Source: Fidelibacterota bacterium
GTDB taxonomy: Bacteria; Fidelibacterota; Marinisomatia; SCGC-AAA003-L08; JACNLC01
Length of the DNA: 64,000 bases
Direction: 5' to 3'
Assembly: GCA_014381725.1 (NCBI GenBank)
Contig: JACNLC010000052.1
Coordinates: 744 to 64,743 of the forward strand
Shown: piece after piece, positions 1-11,315 of the stretch
Position numbering within the stretch: position 1 is the first letter of the stretch
Layout: each line of letters begins with the position of its first letter
Notes under the pieces: model-generated
What the model saw: the letters and a program-made list of their open reading frames with translations, nothing else
Database searches by the model: none
Told to the model about the DNA's origin: nothing
Position numbers and translations under genes: made by a program

Positions 1-411
1 CCTGTTTTCCAAGCCAACAATCATAGATAATCTGTAAGTTGTTAGTATTATGATACTACCAAAAAGTGCATTCAATAATCTCGCAATAATTGACGAACTA
101 CCAAAAAAATAAAAAATACTACCAAGTAAACTACCATAAGATGAAACGGAATAAATTCTATCGAACGGATATTCTACTCGTATTCCAGTAAAATAATCGT
201 ACACTTTTTGAGCAGCTGAATAAAAAGTTGCTTCATCCCAATCATATGGAAAAAGATGGTATTTTTCTTGTAAGACAGAAATTGCAATACGAATCAATAA
301 ACCACAAATAAATATCGTTGACAGTGTTCTATTTTTACTCCATACAACAACATAAAGCAACAGAGATATTGCTAAAATATTAGTAATACCAATTAGTGTT
401 TGGATAGCCAA
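1..411 (-). CDS. Partial (N-terminal part only, continues past window start) polytopic membrane protein, possibly GT-C type (ArnT/PMT_2-like) glycosyltransferase
   Basis: Not in the ORF track. My translation of the minus strand from TTG at 411-409 gives LAIQTLIGITNILAISLLLYVVVWSKNRTL...HLFPYDWDEATFYSAAQKV...GSIIILTTYRLSMIVGLENR. It has hydrophobic helices plus a loop with a D-E motif, as in the first loop of GT-C enzymes. It sits directly downstream of the wzz/wza-like genes. The start codon is uncertain. Confidence 0.35.
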   Translation of the reverse strand, partial: MAIQTLIGITNILAISLLLYVVVWSKNRTLSTIFICGLLIRIAISVLQEKYHLFPYDWDEATFYSAAQKVYDYFTGIRVEYPFDRIYSVSSYGSLLGSIFYFFGSSSIIARLLNALFGSIIILTTYRLSMIVGLENR

Positions 412-412
412 A

Positions 413-1441
413 TTATTTATTAGTTTTTACTAGTTTTTCTCTAATTCTTATAGTGTAAACATAAATAAATGATAGAATTAAACTCAATATTAATACTGAG
501 ATCACTATCAATATCCTCCTCGGTTTCGATTTTTCTACTGCTGACTCACCCGCATCTAAAATATTGATTACAGGAGCCGATCTCAATTCTTCAATCTTAG
601 CTATTTCATATTGCTGACGGAGTGTTATATACACCTGCTGATTGACTTCTACATTTCTCATCAACCGTCCTCTGTCGAGTTGTAAGTCAGGAGTATCCAA
701 AGCCATTGGATGTTTCTTGCGAAATTCAGTTAATGCTACTTCTGATTCGGATAATTCTCCCTTAGAACTTGCCATCCGACTTTCAATAAATTGACGGTGT
801 TCAGAAGACTGGACTAACATTTCTTCACTAACATATTTTTTGATGTAATCTGCCATAAAGTTAGCAATATCAGCTGCTAATTGTGGTTCTTCAATCAAAA
901 TTGATACTACAATTAATCCAGAGTCCTCTTCTCTTACGGATAATAGTCCACCTAGATTTTCTATCGCAGATTCTAAATATGCTGGATAAGGATCATCTTT
1001 TTCAGATGAAGAAAATAGCCCTTTAATAAATACTCGCAGACTAAACCCTGTAGTATCATCAATTTCCCAATATTTAACCAAATTAACAGGATAATCAAAT
1101 TTCTGCGAATTCCATTTGTTCTGAATAACTGCTTTTTTTAAGATTCTGCTATTAACAATATCAGGAATGTTGAATGATGTTTGACTTTGTCCTCCAATAT
1201 TTATCCCGAATGTTGATGCTATGCCACTAAGGTTCCCCATTGAGCTACTGTTTCCTCCTTCGTAAACCGGATATATTGACACATACGAACGATAGAAAGG
1301 TGTTGCCCAAAGACTGTAAACAATCGCAAGTATCGTTATTATTCCAGTAAAAGAAATAATGAACTTCTTCTTTTTCCATAGCAATTGAAATATCTCATAT
1401 AAATCTATTTCATTATTTTGATTCATTTGTTTATTATTCAT
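413..1441 (-). CDS. Polysaccharide chain-length determinant (Wzz-family) protein, no kinase domain
   Basis: N-terminal motif IDLYEIFQLLWKKKKFIISFTGIITILAIVYSL (Wzz domain plus TM), a long periplasmic coiled region, and a C-terminal TM (RRILIVISVLILSLILSFIY). It lies next to an export protein. Confidence 0.7.
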   Translation of the reverse strand: MNNKQMNQNNEIDLYEIFQLLWKKKKFIISFTGIITILAIVYSLWATPFYRSYVSIYPVYEGGNSSSMGNLSGIASTFGINIGGQSQTSFNIPDIVNSRILKKAVIQNKWNSQKFDYPVNLVKYWEIDDTTGFSLRVFIKGLFSSSEKDDPYPAYLESAIENLGGLLSVREEDSGLIVVSILIEEPQLAADIANFMADYIKKYVSEEMLVQSSEHRQFIESRMASSKGELSESEVALTEFRKKHPMALDTPDLQLDRGRLMRNVEVNQQVYITLRQQYEIAKIEELRSAPVINILDAGESAVEKSKPRRILIVISVLILSLILSFIYVYTIRIREKLVKTNK

Positions 1442-1477
1442 AGTTATCTCTGTTTAGTTTGTTGTATTTTTTTCACT

Positions 1478-3079
1478 CTATAATCCTAACGCGCTTTGTA
1501 TAACTAAATATATTGTAGCAATTTGTCCAACAACAGCTGTAATTTCTTTAAATCTTGTCCACTTATTATATTCTAATTTTTCAGCAATAAATATAATATC
1601 TCCATTTTCAATCAATACTCTGTTTGAGAAGGGGACCCTCTGTCCTGAACTGAATTTTATAATATATCTATCTCGTGTTGAATTGTTAGTAAGTCCACCT
1701 GCCATACTCACATAGTTTTCTATAGTTTTATCTTGATAAAATGGATATCTCCCAGGGTAAAGAACTGCTCCGAGTACTTCAATATACTCTACAATATTAG
1801 GGATGGTAATAATGTCACCTGAGTTTATCACATAATTCATGATTGATTGAGTGTATTCAATACTTGACGAACTGATTAACCCTTTTGTTATTCCTGATCT
1901 TGCTTTCAAGTAAGCTTTTTCAGTGTCACTTCGGTTTTCATTAGGAATTAGTCGTATTCTATCCAATTCGTGATCTCTGATACTTGATATTTGCTTATTG
2001 TTAATAATAATTTTATTCTTGTCTGCTTTATTAGAATAACCACCACATTTATTCATTAATTCTCTAATTGTTGTAACTCGGGCTTCCACACTATATTCGC
2101 CTGGATATTTTACTTCACCCTCAATTCTGATAATATCTTGTCGTTTATATTCTTTCTTCATACGGACAATAATATGATCAGAAGAATGAATTAGAATTTG
2201 CTTAGATTCTTCAACTTTATCAATATTGATTGTTTCTTTATGAATATCATCAATAAATCGAGTGATTTCAATTTTATTTGAGTCAGCATTAATTGTAAAA
2301 CCTCCAGCTAACTGTATTAAATCATAAACAGATTCATTTTCAACAAACTCATATTTACCAGGAATTCCAACTCCACCGAATAATCCAACATTTCTACTCA
2401 CTAATTGTACATCTACGATATCTCCTTCAAGTAAATTTGGATTTAGTTCATTCAATCCAAACATATTGTATTTTACAAGGTCAACCTTAAGTGTTTCTGA
2501 GTTACGATGCAATAAGATATTCCTTTTTGAAATTGGTTCTCTGAAATTATCTTCTGCAGAAACTGTAAGCGAATCATCTCCAATCTGCCACAACACATCA
2601 GAAACTCTCGATAGTGGATTAACAACTACGAATCCAGGATTTTCTACTGTTCCAACTACCAACACTTTGAAATGACGAATTCCTGTAAGTGTCATATAAA
2701 CCGATGCCGTCTGATATTTTTTCAAACACTCTGATTTAATTTTGTTAATAGCATTTTTCAAAGAAAGTTTGTCCACAAATATTGTCCCTACAGCGGGAAT
2801 TAACACTTCTCCCATTGGAGAAATTGTTAATGTTTTGGAAACAATACCATCCGAAGCAACCATATTAAACAACAGCTCATCACCGGGTCCAACAATATAA
2901 GTTTCCGGATTGATTGTTTTATCAAGATATATCGTTTCATCATTTGTTCTTTGTGTAAATTTATCTTGTAATGACACATCCTGAGTTACACTCGGAATTT
3001 CTAGTTCCATATTGAATCCGGGATATTGTGCAAGCATAAATACTGGAATTATGAACAGTAATATATATTTGAATTTCAT
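1478..3079 (-). CDS. Polysaccharide export outer-membrane protein (Wza-like, Poly_export plus repeated SLBB domains)
   Basis: Signal peptide MKFKYILLFIIPVFMLAQ, Poly_export-like motif IVGPGDELLFNM, and several soluble-ligand-binding beta-grasp-like repeats (VxVxGxVxxPGxY). I prefer the ATG at 3079, preceded by GGAGGG, over the GTG at 3094, which overlaps the upstream gene. Confidence 0.75.
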   Translation of the reverse strand: MKFKYILLFIIPVFMLAQYPGFNMELEIPSVTQDVSLQDKFTQRTNDETIYLDKTINPETYIVGPGDELLFNMVASDGIVSKTLTISPMGEVLIPAVGTIFVDKLSLKNAINKIKSECLKKYQTASVYMTLTGIRHFKVLVVGTVENPGFVVVNPLSRVSDVLWQIGDDSLTVSAEDNFREPISKRNILLHRNSETLKVDLVKYNMFGLNELNPNLLEGDIVDVQLVSRNVGLFGGVGIPGKYEFVENESVYDLIQLAGGFTINADSNKIEITRFIDDIHKETINIDKVEESKQILIHSSDHIIVRMKKEYKRQDIIRIEGEVKYPGEYSVEARVTTIRELMNKCGGYSNKADKNKIIINNKQISSIRDHELDRIRLIPNENRSDTEKAYLKARSGITKGLISSSSIEYTQSIMNYVINSGDIITIPNIVEYIEVLGAVLYPGRYPFYQDKTIENYVSMAGGLTNNSTRDRYIIKFSSGQRVPFSNRVLIENGDIIFIAEKLEYNKWTRFKEITAVVGQIATIYLVIQSALGL

Positions 3080-3080
3080 T

Positions 3081-4403
3081 TTACTTCCCTCCACCTAAAA
3101 TATAATAATTTCCTATTGTTTTATAATTTCTCAATGTATTTCGTGTGTCAACAATAACAGTCGCATTCTTTGCAATCATATCTCTATCAAATTCATCGTG
3201 ATCAGTTGTTATTACAACACAATCATAATTCGAAATAGTAGTTGAATCGATATTTTGTGCAACCAACTTCGTCCCGTTAAAGCGTATCTCATTCACATAC
3301 GGATCCGCAAATTCTATATTTGGATCTCCAATTTCAGATAATAGTTCCATAACTCTAATCGCTGGAGAATTTCTAATATCATCAACACCCTTTTTGAATG
3401 CCACACCCAAAAATATAATTTTGCTCTCTTTGACTGCTTTTCCATTTTCAGATAATGCTCTCAATATCAAATCGCGGACATAATGTGGCATATCTTCGTT
3501 GGTTTTTGCCGCTAATTCTATGAATTGAGAATGAAAATCGAACCCCTTTGCCCGCCACGAAAGATAATACGGATCGACTAAAATACAGTGACCACCAATA
3601 CCAGGACCGGGTTTAAATGGCATAAATCCAAAAGGTTTGGATGCAGCTGCGTCAACCACTTCCCAAATATCAATATCACCCATTCTATCGCACATTTGAG
3701 CCATTTCGTTAATCAGAGCAATGTTTACACTCCTAAAAATATTTTCAAGAAGTTTTTCCATTTCAGCAACTTTCGCGTTGGATACTTTATAAACATTTGG
3801 CAACGCCTGTTTAAGAACAATTTCTGCCATTTCACCAGATTTTTTAGATACACCACCAACAACAATAGGAGTTGTATCTGAAGTCCAAGTAGTGTTTCCC
3901 GGATCAATTCTCTCAGGAGAAAATGCTAAGAAGAAATCTTTGTCTAACTTGTATCCTGTTGATTCTAAAATTGGCAAAACCAACTCTTCAGTTGTTCCTG
4001 GATATGTTGTGCTTCTCAATACAATAATTTTACCACTACTCATTGCTTTGAGAGCTGTTTTCGATGCGGATTCCATAAATCTAGTGTCTGGAACTCTGTT
4101 TTTAGTAATTGGCGTTGGTACGCAAATAAAAATAACATCCGTATTTTTGAGTTCACTTTCATTTGTTGTCGCTGAAAACAATCCATCATTAACGGCCTTT
4201 TTCAAAACATCATCATCAACATCACCAATGTAATTCTCGCCTTTGTTAACCAAATCAACTTTTTCTTTGCTAACATCGTACCCAATAACTCTAAATCCTT
4301 TTTGAGTGTATGTTGTTGCAAATGGCAACCCAACATAGCCCAAACCGATAATTCCGATTATCGCATTTTTTGATTCAAATTTTTGTTTAATAGTGTTTAT
4401 CAT
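3081..4403 (-). CDS. Nucleotide-sugar dehydrogenase (UDP-N-acetyl-hexosamine dehydrogenase family, WecC/WbpA/TviB-like)
   Basis: N-terminal Rossmann motif IGIIGLGYVGLPFA, central FSPERIDPGN, and catalytic-Cys region GPGIGGHCILVDPYYL. Confidence 0.8.
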   Translation of the reverse strand: MINTIKQKFESKNAIIGIIGLGYVGLPFATTYTQKGFRVIGYDVSKEKVDLVNKGENYIGDVDDDVLKKAVNDGLFSATTNESELKNTDVIFICVPTPITKNRVPDTRFMESASKTALKAMSSGKIIVLRSTTYPGTTEELVLPILESTGYKLDKDFFLAFSPERIDPGNTTWTSDTTPIVVGGVSKKSGEMAEIVLKQALPNVYKVSNAKVAEMEKLLENIFRSVNIALINEMAQMCDRMGDIDIWEVVDAAASKPFGFMPFKPGPGIGGHCILVDPYYLSWRAKGFDFHSQFIELAAKTNEDMPHYVRDLILRALSENGKAVKESKIIFLGVAFKKGVDDIRNSPAIRVMELLSEIGDPNIEFADPYVNEIRFNGTKLVAQNIDSTTISNYDCVVITTDHDEFDRDMIAKNATVIVDTRNTLRNYKTIGNYYILGGGK

Positions 4404-4954
4404 TTTTCAATATCCTGTTTATAAACTTCGGCATTTCTTAATTTTGGTTGATATAAATCTTTTTCAGATAATATTGGATTTTCAATCGGCCATTCAATTC
4501 TGATATCATCATCATTCCAAATTATTCCTCTATCATCTTCTTTATGATAAATTTCAGTACACTTATATGTAATTTCTGCATCCTCAGATAATACACAATA
4601 TCCGTGTGCAAAACCCGGCGGAATATATAATTGTTTTTTGTTCTCAGCTGAGAGAATTTCACCAACCCATTTTCCGAAATTTGGAGAACTTTTCCGAATA
4701 TCAACTGCAACATCAAAAATATCACCTTGTAATACTCTAATAAGTTTACCCTGTGGATATTCTAACTGATAATGTAGCCCTCTTAATACTCCTCGAGTAG
4801 ATTTCGCTTGATTATCTTGCACAAAGTTGGCATTTATTCCACCATTATTAAAAATATCTTCTCTATAGGTTTCCATAAAGTATCCTCTCGAATCTCGGTA
4901 AACAACGGGTTCGATAAGAATCACATCCGCAAGTGAAGTTGGAGTAAATTTCAT
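4400..4954 (-). CDS. rfbC: dTDP-4-dehydrorhamnose 3,5-epimerase
   Basis: Cupin epimerase motifs [16 protein letters not shown] and [10 protein letters not shown]. 4-nt overlap with neighbours. Confidence 0.9.
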   Translation of the reverse strand: MKFTPTSLADVILIEPVVYRDSRGYFMETYREDIFNNGGINANFVQDNQAKSTRGVLRGLHYQLEYPQGKLIRVLQGDIFDVAVDIRKSSPNFGKWVGEILSAENKKQLYIPPGFAHGYCVLSEDAEITYKCTEIYHKEDDRGIIWNDDDIRIEWPIENPILSEKDLYQPKLRNAEVYKQDIEK

Positions 4955-5817
4955 CGTCTCAATAAATTCTCCAAATAATCTTTGTAAGTATTCGCAGGAG
5001 TATTTTCAAGTAAATTAACAAATTCATCTTTAGAAATAAAACTCTGTGAATACGCAATTTCTTCAATACATCCAATTTTAAGTCCTTGTCGAGCTTCGAT
5101 TGTTTCTATAAATGCACCAGCTTCCATCAGACTTTTGTGAGTCCCAGTATCTAACCACGCCACACCACGACCGAGTATCTCTACACTCAATTTGTTGTTT
5201 TCTAAATATTCTATATTGACATCAGTAATTTCTAACTCACCACGATTAGAGGGACTAATATTCTTAGCAACTTCAATTACATTATTGTCATAAATATACA
5301 AACCGGGAACAGCATAGTTTGATTTTGGATGCTTTGGCTTTTCTTCTATACTTATTACTTTTCCATTATCGTCAAACTCAACTACTCCATATCTTTCTGG
5401 ATCGTTGACCCAATACCCAAAAACTGTAGCTCCATCAAAATTATCTAACTTTGCTTTAAGTTTATCCAAATAACCGTGACCATAAAATAGATTATCACCT
5501 AAAATTAAAGTTACTGCATCATCTCCAATAAAATCTTCTCCAATAATAAATGCTTGAGCTATACCCTTTGGCTCAGGTTGAACCGAATATTGAAATTCCA
5601 TCCCGAGTCGTTTTCCATCACCAAGCAATTGTTTGAATCTTGGCGTATCCTCAGGTGTAGAAATAATCAAAACTTCACGAATCCCCATCAGCATTAATGT
5701 GGAAAGCGGATAGTAAATCATTGGTTTATCATAAACAGGCATCAATTGTTTACTGGCTACTAATGATAGCGGATATAATCGGGTTCCAGATCCACCTGCT
5801 AAAATAATTCCCTTCAT
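4951..5817 (-). CDS. rfbA: Glucose-1-phosphate thymidylyltransferase
   Basis: [17 protein letters not shown]..., [32 protein letters not shown]. Confidence 0.92.
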   Translation of the reverse strand: MKGIILAGGSGTRLYPLSLVASKQLMPVYDKPMIYYPLSTLMLMGIREVLIISTPEDTPRFKQLLGDGKRLGMEFQYSVQPEPKGIAQAFIIGEDFIGDDAVTLILGDNLFYGHGYLDKLKAKLDNFDGATVFGYWVNDPERYGVVEFDDNGKVISIEEKPKHPKSNYAVPGLYIYDNNVIEVAKNISPSNRGELEITDVNIEYLENNKLSVEILGRGVAWLDTGTHKSLMEAGAFIETIEARQGLKIGCIEEIAYSQSFISKDEFVNLLENTPANTYKDYLENLLRR

Positions 5818-6870
5818 TTACTTTACTCCCAATCTTTCTTGTTTGTATTTGTTCGATTGAATATTTTGCCACCAAATTTTATTATTCAAATACCACTCGA
5901 TAGTTTTCTTAATCCCTGTTTCAAATGATTCTTTAGGTTCCCAATTGAGTTCTCTTTGTATTTTTGAAGCATCAATTGCGTAACGGAAATCGTGACCAGG
6001 ACGATCCGTAACAAATGTTATCAATTCTTCATAAGATTTGATTTTGGTTGATGGCTGAATTTTATCCAATATTTTACAGATTGTCTTAACAACTTCTAAA
6101 TTGGTTTTTTCTGTATTTCCACCAATATTATATGTTTCTCCGACTTTCCCATTCGTCAGCACAGAATAAATAGCATCACAATGATCCTCAACAAACAGCC
6201 AATCTCGAACATTTGAGCCAGTGCCATAAACAGGTAGAGACTTTCCATCCAGACAATTCAATATCATCAATGGTACAAGTTTTTCTGGAAACTGAAATGG
6301 TCCATAATTGTTTGAGCAATTCGTAATTACCACAGGCAAACCATAAGTTCTATGCCATGCTCTAACCAGATGATCCGATGACGCTTTTGATGCAGAATAT
6401 GGAGAACTAGGATCATACGGAGTAGATTCTGTGAAAAATCCATTATCATCCAATGAACCAAAAACTTCATCGGTGGACACATGCAAAAACCGAAATGTTT
6501 TCTTTCTATCATCAGATAGTTTACGATAGTAGTTCATTGATTCTTCTAGTAATACTGAAGTACCAACAATATTTGTCTGAATAAATTCAGATGGTCCATC
6601 AATTGAACGATCTACATGCGACTCAGCGGCAAAATGGACAATCGCATCAGGCTTGAAATCTGTGATGGTTTTCCCAAAATACTCTTTATCGCAAATATCT
6701 CCATTTATAAATCGATAATTATCTGAATTTTCAACTGATGACAATGTCTCAAGATTTCCAGCGTATGTCAATTTATCATAATTCAAAACTGAATTATTAT
6801 TTTCAATAATCTGTTTTACAACAAAATTTCCACCAATAAATCCAGCACCACCTGTGACTAATATTTTCAT
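5818..6870 (-). CDS. rfbB: dTDP-glucose 4,6-dehydratase
   Basis: [35 protein letters not shown] (SDR YxxxK). Confidence 0.92.
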   Translation of the reverse strand: MKILVTGGAGFIGGNFVVKQIIENNNSVLNYDKLTYAGNLETLSSVENSDNYRFINGDICDKEYFGKTITDFKPDAIVHFAAESHVDRSIDGPSEFIQTNIVGTSVLLEESMNYYRKLSDDRKKTFRFLHVSTDEVFGSLDDNGFFTESTPYDPSSPYSASKASSDHLVRAWHRTYGLPVVITNCSNNYGPFQFPEKLVPLMILNCLDGKSLPVYGTGSNVRDWLFVEDHCDAIYSVLTNGKVGETYNIGGNTEKTNLEVVKTICKILDKIQPSTKIKSYEELITFVTDRPGHDFRYAIDASKIQRELNWEPKESFETGIKKTIEWYLNNKIWWQNIQSNKYKQERLGVK

Positions 6871-8177
6871 TTTAGCTTCCCTACATTATCGAATTCGAAA
6901 CCAGCATTTCTCCATTTAGATGGATTGTAAATGTTTCTGCAATCCAACATTACTGGAGTTTTCATCCATCCCTTAACTTGATCAGGATTTAGCGTTCGCA
7001 ATTCATTCCATTCTGTAATTAGAATTGCACCATCTGCATTTGTTAAAGTTTCTTCGATTGATAAACTGTATTCAATTTCAGGATATTCTTGCTTCATGTT
7101 AGGAATTCCTTCAGGATCAAATGCACTAATATCTGCACCATCATTTAACAATTCCCTTAAAATAACTAACGCAGGTGTTTCTCTAATATCGTCAGTTTTG
7201 GGCTTGAATGTTAATCCAAGAATTGCAATTCTTTTACCATTGATATCATTCTTCATTAGCTTTCTGAATTTTTCAACCATTGTAATTTTTTGGCGTTCAT
7301 TTGTTTCCATTGTCGCCTTTACCATCAAAGATTTTACACCTACTTTTTTGGCAATACTGTACAAACCTTCTGTATCTTTTGGGAAACAAGAACCACCATA
7401 ACCTGGTCCTGCATGCAAAAATTTAGAACTAATTCGTCCATCAAGTCCCATTGCCTTAGAAACAGTGTAAATGTCAGCTCCAATTTTATCGCATATTAAT
7501 GATATTTCATTGATAAATGAAATTTTGGTGGCTAAAAATCCATTGGAAGCATACTTTATAAGTTCAGCCGTTTCTGGATTAGTTTCAACTATTGGAGTTT
7601 CTCTTAGAAATAGAGGTCTATAAACTTCACGCATAACCTTAAATGCTTTCTCTGAATTTGCTCCTATAACAATTCTATCAGGAATCATAAAATCACCAAT
7701 TGCAGATCCTTCACGCAAAAACTCAGGGTTTGATACAATATCAAAATTCTTATCAGAGCAACCAAGACTTGCTAGTTTTTCTTGAATCAATTTTGCAGTC
7801 CCAGGTGGAACTGTAGATTTGGTAACAACGACCGTATATCCATTATGGTTTTTGGCAATAGTTTCAACTACAGAATACACATAAGACATATCAACTTCAC
7901 CTTTGCCATCGGATGGCGTACCAACGCCAATGAAAACTACTTCAGAACTCCTTACTGCATCTTCTATATCCGTCGAAAAAGATAATCGTTTAGATTCTTT
8001 ATTTCTTTTAATGAGTTCCTCTAATCCAGGTTCGTAGATAGGAATTTTTCCTGAATTCAAAAGATCAATTTTTGTTTGATCAATGTCAACACATCTAACT
8101 TGATGCCCAAAATCTGCAAGACAAGTTCCTGCAACTAATCCGACATAGCCAGTTCCAATAACTGTGATATTTTTCAT
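6867..8177 (-). CDS. ugd: UDP-glucose 6-dehydrogenase
   Basis: [48 protein letters not shown] (catalytic Cys). Confidence 0.88.
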   Translation of the reverse strand: MKNITVIGTGYVGLVAGTCLADFGHQVRCVDIDQTKIDLLNSGKIPIYEPGLEELIKRNKESKRLSFSTDIEDAVRSSEVVFIGVGTPSDGKGEVDMSYVYSVVETIAKNHNGYTVVVTKSTVPPGTAKLIQEKLASLGCSDKNFDIVSNPEFLREGSAIGDFMIPDRIVIGANSEKAFKVMREVYRPLFLRETPIVETNPETAELIKYASNGFLATKISFINEISLICDKIGADIYTVSKAMGLDGRISSKFLHAGPGYGGSCFPKDTEGLYSIAKKVGVKSLMVKATMETNERQKITMVEKFRKLMKNDINGKRIAILGLTFKPKTDDIRETPALVILRELLNDGADISAFDPEGIPNMKQEYPEIEYSLSIEETLTNADGAILITEWNELRTLNPDQVKGWMKTPVMLDCRNIYNPSKWRNAGFEFDNVGKLK

Positions 8178-10256
8178 TTAGAGTAATCCTATTTTTTTTC
8201 TAATTATCCACTCAGCAGTTAATAGTACAATAAATATCCACCAATAGCGATAAAAAGAAATTGAGCTCAAATGATAATCATTGTATTTTTCCAAAGGTGT
8301 TATTTTAAGATGATTTAACAGAGAATCCAACGCAATTATATTATTGTAAATTCCTCCAGTTAAACTTGCAATTCTTTGTAACCCTGTTCTATTTTGTATC
8401 AAATTTTTTAACTCGGTATGAATAGCTTGTACAATAAATTTTTGAGGTTTGCTATTTGTAGTTTGGCCATTTTCCCATTTTGCTTTAGTGAAAATCTCAA
8501 AACTACCTGATTTGTCCGCGATAAAATCACAATTATAGGATTGTTTTTTTTCGTTAAAATGTAACGGTATTTGTATTTCTGAGGTTTCTCCATCACTTGC
8601 AACAATCAAATTAACATCAGTTGGTTTATCTGACAAATGTGGATTTAACATTACATCTATATCAATCTGGTCACCCAAACAATACGAAGGTTTGCTAGTG
8701 TGAATATTTATGAGTTTATCCTCCGATATTAGTTCGGATAAGACAATATCATAGCAAAGCTCATATAGTGATTTTTCTTGTTCTGTTGTGCTGAGTTTAA
8801 AGTGCGTTTTAGACAACTCAGGCATAAATACACCCGTAATAGAATGGTTCCTTAACTGATTTTGATAAATAGCCAAACTTGCATCGGAATATTTAACAAT
8901 TGAATATCCATTATTTTGTTTGAGTGCCCAAGAATGGATTTTTTGTTGAGGTGGAAACATTTCTACTACCGATAAATCAGTTAGTAAATTCTGTGTAAGG
9001 TTCCCTGCTTCCAAAACCAATAATACTGGTTTTCTTTGAAGAACAGCGGATATCCCAAAATATTCTGCAATTAACTTAGCAGATTGCAAGTTTGAGTTGG
9101 GTCCTTCAAAATATAATATCGAAATTCCATTGAGCTCCGCATAAGAAGATATTTTATCAAATTGAGATTTATCAAGATAATTATTTGGGAAATCGTCAAG
9201 GATTATAATTTCGTGATTCTGGTTAAATTTACTGTTTAAGTCCTTATTCCAATTACCTATATTTTTTCGATAAATGTGAGTAACTTCAACCTGCGGAAGA
9301 TTTTGCAATACTGCTTTAATGAAACCAGTATTAGAAGATAATGCTCCAGAAATTAATAAAACAGACTGTTTTTTGGAAACAAGGTTAAGATTGAAAGACC
9401 ATTTATTGTTTTCCTTTTCAATTTCTTGCAAATCCGATACAATTTTTATCATCATTTGCTCTGTTAAATCATCCGAGTTCAAATTCATTGATACATCAAC
9501 AAAGCTACTGCCTTTATTAATATTTTTCTTTATAGAGTGGATAATTTTATCATCATTATTTATTAGCATCACTTGAACTAATAAATCATTTTCGATAGAA
9601 GCTTCTATCGAGATATCCAGTGCAACAGAATCACCTACGATAATTGAACGAGGATACTCAACATTCGCAATTCTGATGTCATTTTCAGCATTCAAACTCC
9701 CAAAACCGAATGAATAAACTGATAATTGTTTGTCGAAACTAATAGAGTTCAAATCTGCACCTGCAGTAAATATGCCATCAGAAAATAGAAAATTAATTTT
9801 GGAATTATTTAAAGAGATGATATTTGGTAATTCTGTGAAATCAGTGAATTGATCATCTAAAGAAATTTCCGAAACAGTTGATATTTTTCTAAACTTCTCA
9901 CCAAAATAATATGTTTTTGGATTTAGTTTATTTTCATCAATCCACTCATTTACATTTTGTTTTATATCGGAATAATTTAGTTCACTTTCATCAAGATGTT
10001 GTTTCATACTAAGTGATGTATCGTAAAATACAGATACAGAAGGATATTCGAGTTTGGACGATATGAAATTTAACAAAGGATCAAGCAACAAAAATACTAA
10101 TCCTGTAAGTGTTAAACTTCTTAATGTAATGAGTAATATTTTCCAAAAATCAAGTTGTTGTTCTACAGATTTCCAATACCGTATCATCAAAACAATAAAG
10201 ATAATAGCAAAAATAATTGCAATTGATGGGAATCCCAATAATATGATATTAGTCAT
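8178..10256 (-). CDS. Uncharacterised membrane-anchored protein with BatA_N-type N-terminal double-TM domain and C-terminal TM anchor
   Basis: The N-terminus (MTNIILLGFPSIAIIFAIIFIVLMIRYWK...LRSLTLTGLVFLLLDPLL) resembles the aerotolerance-regulator N-terminal/two-anchor domain. The C-terminus YRYWWIFIVLLTAEWIIRKK is typical of that family. The middle has a GATase1-like-looking stretch (EIIILDDFPNN...ILYFEG). Function unknown. Confidence 0.45.
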   Translation of the reverse strand: MTNIILLGFPSIAIIFAIIFIVLMIRYWKSVEQQLDFWKILLITLRSLTLTGLVFLLLDPLLNFISSKLEYPSVSVFYDTSLSMKQHLDESELNYSDIKQNVNEWIDENKLNPKTYYFGEKFRKISTVSEISLDDQFTDFTELPNIISLNNSKINFLFSDGIFTAGADLNSISFDKQLSVYSFGFGSLNAENDIRIANVEYPRSIIVGDSVALDISIEASIENDLLVQVMLINNDDKIIHSIKKNINKGSSFVDVSMNLNSDDLTEQMMIKIVSDLQEIEKENNKWSFNLNLVSKKQSVLLISGALSSNTGFIKAVLQNLPQVEVTHIYRKNIGNWNKDLNSKFNQNHEIIILDDFPNNYLDKSQFDKISSYAELNGISILYFEGPNSNLQSAKLIAEYFGISAVLQRKPVLLVLEAGNLTQNLLTDLSVVEMFPPQQKIHSWALKQNNGYSIVKYSDASLAIYQNQLRNHSITGVFMPELSKTHFKLSTTEQEKSLYELCYDIVLSELISEDKLINIHTSKPSYCLGDQIDIDVMLNPHLSDKPTDVNLIVASDGETSEIQIPLHFNEKKQSYNCDFIADKSGSFEIFTKAKWENGQTTNSKPQKFIVQAIHTELKNLIQNRTGLQRIASLTGGIYNNIIALDSLLNHLKITPLEKYNDYHLSSISFYRYWWIFIVLLTAEWIIRKKIGLL

Positions 10257-11262
10257 GACAAACAGTATCTAGCATAAGATTAGGAACAGCACGCAAATTA
10301 AGAGAAGACATTTCTCCGTTTTTCAATCTCTCATATCCCGCCATGGCAATCATGGCAGCGTTGTCTGTACAATATTTCAAATCAGGAAAATATATGTTTA
10401 CACCCAGCTTTTGTTCCAAATTTTGTGCTTTTTGTCTAAATCTTTGATTAGCAGCTACACCTCCAGCAACAGCTATTTTTGATAATCCAGTATGGTCTAT
10501 AGATTTTTCTAATTTATCCAAGAGAGTATCAATAATTACTTCTTGAAAGCTCGCACATAAATTTGGAACATGATCTTTCAATTCATTATCGGATATTTTT
10601 CTTACAGTATAAAGTAAAGCAGTTTTAAGCCCGCTAAACGAAAAATCAAACTCAGAAGCTTTTACCTTTGGAATAGTAAAATGAAATGCTTTTGTATCTC
10701 CATTTTGAGCATTTTTTTCAATTTCTGGACCTCCTGGATAATTGAGTCCAAGAATTCTTGCACCTTTGTCAAAAGCTTCACCAGCAGCATCATCTCGAGT
10801 TTGGCCAACTAGTTGATAATCTCCAAATTTTTCGACTTTCCAAATTTGTGTATGTCCACCAGAAACCAACAAACAAAGAAACGGATAATCAAACTCAGGA
10901 TTATCTATCATATTTGCGAATAGATGCCCTTCCATATGATTAACACCCAAAAATGGAATTCCTAATCCTATAGCAATTCCTTTTGCAACATTTAGCCCAA
11001 CTAATAATGCTCCAAAAAGTCCTGCTCCATAAGTAACTGCAACTGCATTTAAATCAGTTTTTGAAATAGATGCTCTTTTCATTGCAGAATCAACAATTGA
11101 GATTATTTGATGCTCGTGCTCTCTGGACGCTACTTCTGGAACAACACCACCATACTTTCTGTGAATTTCTTGAGTAAGAACAACATTACTCAACAATTTT
11201 CCATCTTTAATAATGGAGGCTGATGTTTCGTCACATGATGTTTCTATCCCGAGTACAGTCAT
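10249..11262 (-). CDS. tsaD: tRNA N6-adenosine threonylcarbamoyltransferase
   Basis: VLGIETSCDETSASII, NHMEGHLFA, LLVSGGHTQ, YCTDNAAMIA. Confidence 0.92.
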   Translation of the reverse strand: MTVLGIETSCDETSASIIKDGKLLSNVVLTQEIHRKYGGVVPEVASREHEHQIISIVDSAMKRASISKTDLNAVAVTYGAGLFGALLVGLNVAKGIAIGLGIPFLGVNHMEGHLFANMIDNPEFDYPFLCLLVSGGHTQIWKVEKFGDYQLVGQTRDDAAGEAFDKGARILGLNYPGGPEIEKNAQNGDTKAFHFTIPKVKASEFDFSFSGLKTALLYTVRKISDNELKDHVPNLCASFQEVIIDTLLDKLEKSIDHTGLSKIAVAGGVAANQRFRQKAQNLEQKLGVNIYFPDLKYCTDNAAMIAMAGYERLKNGEMSSLNLRAVPNLMLDTVCHD

Positions 11263-11275
11263 AATTTATTGTTTT

Positions 11276-11315
11276 CGATAACAAAATGGGACCGAAAGTT
11301 TTACTTTCCGACCCC
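11276..11315 (-). terminator. Intrinsic terminator downstream of rpsA
   Basis: Minus strand reads GGGGTCGGAAAG-TAAAA-CTTTCGGTCCC followed by ATTTTGTTATCG. It lies about 25 nt after the rpsA stop, and its U-tract ends only about 13 nt before the tsaD ATG. Confidence 0.6.
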
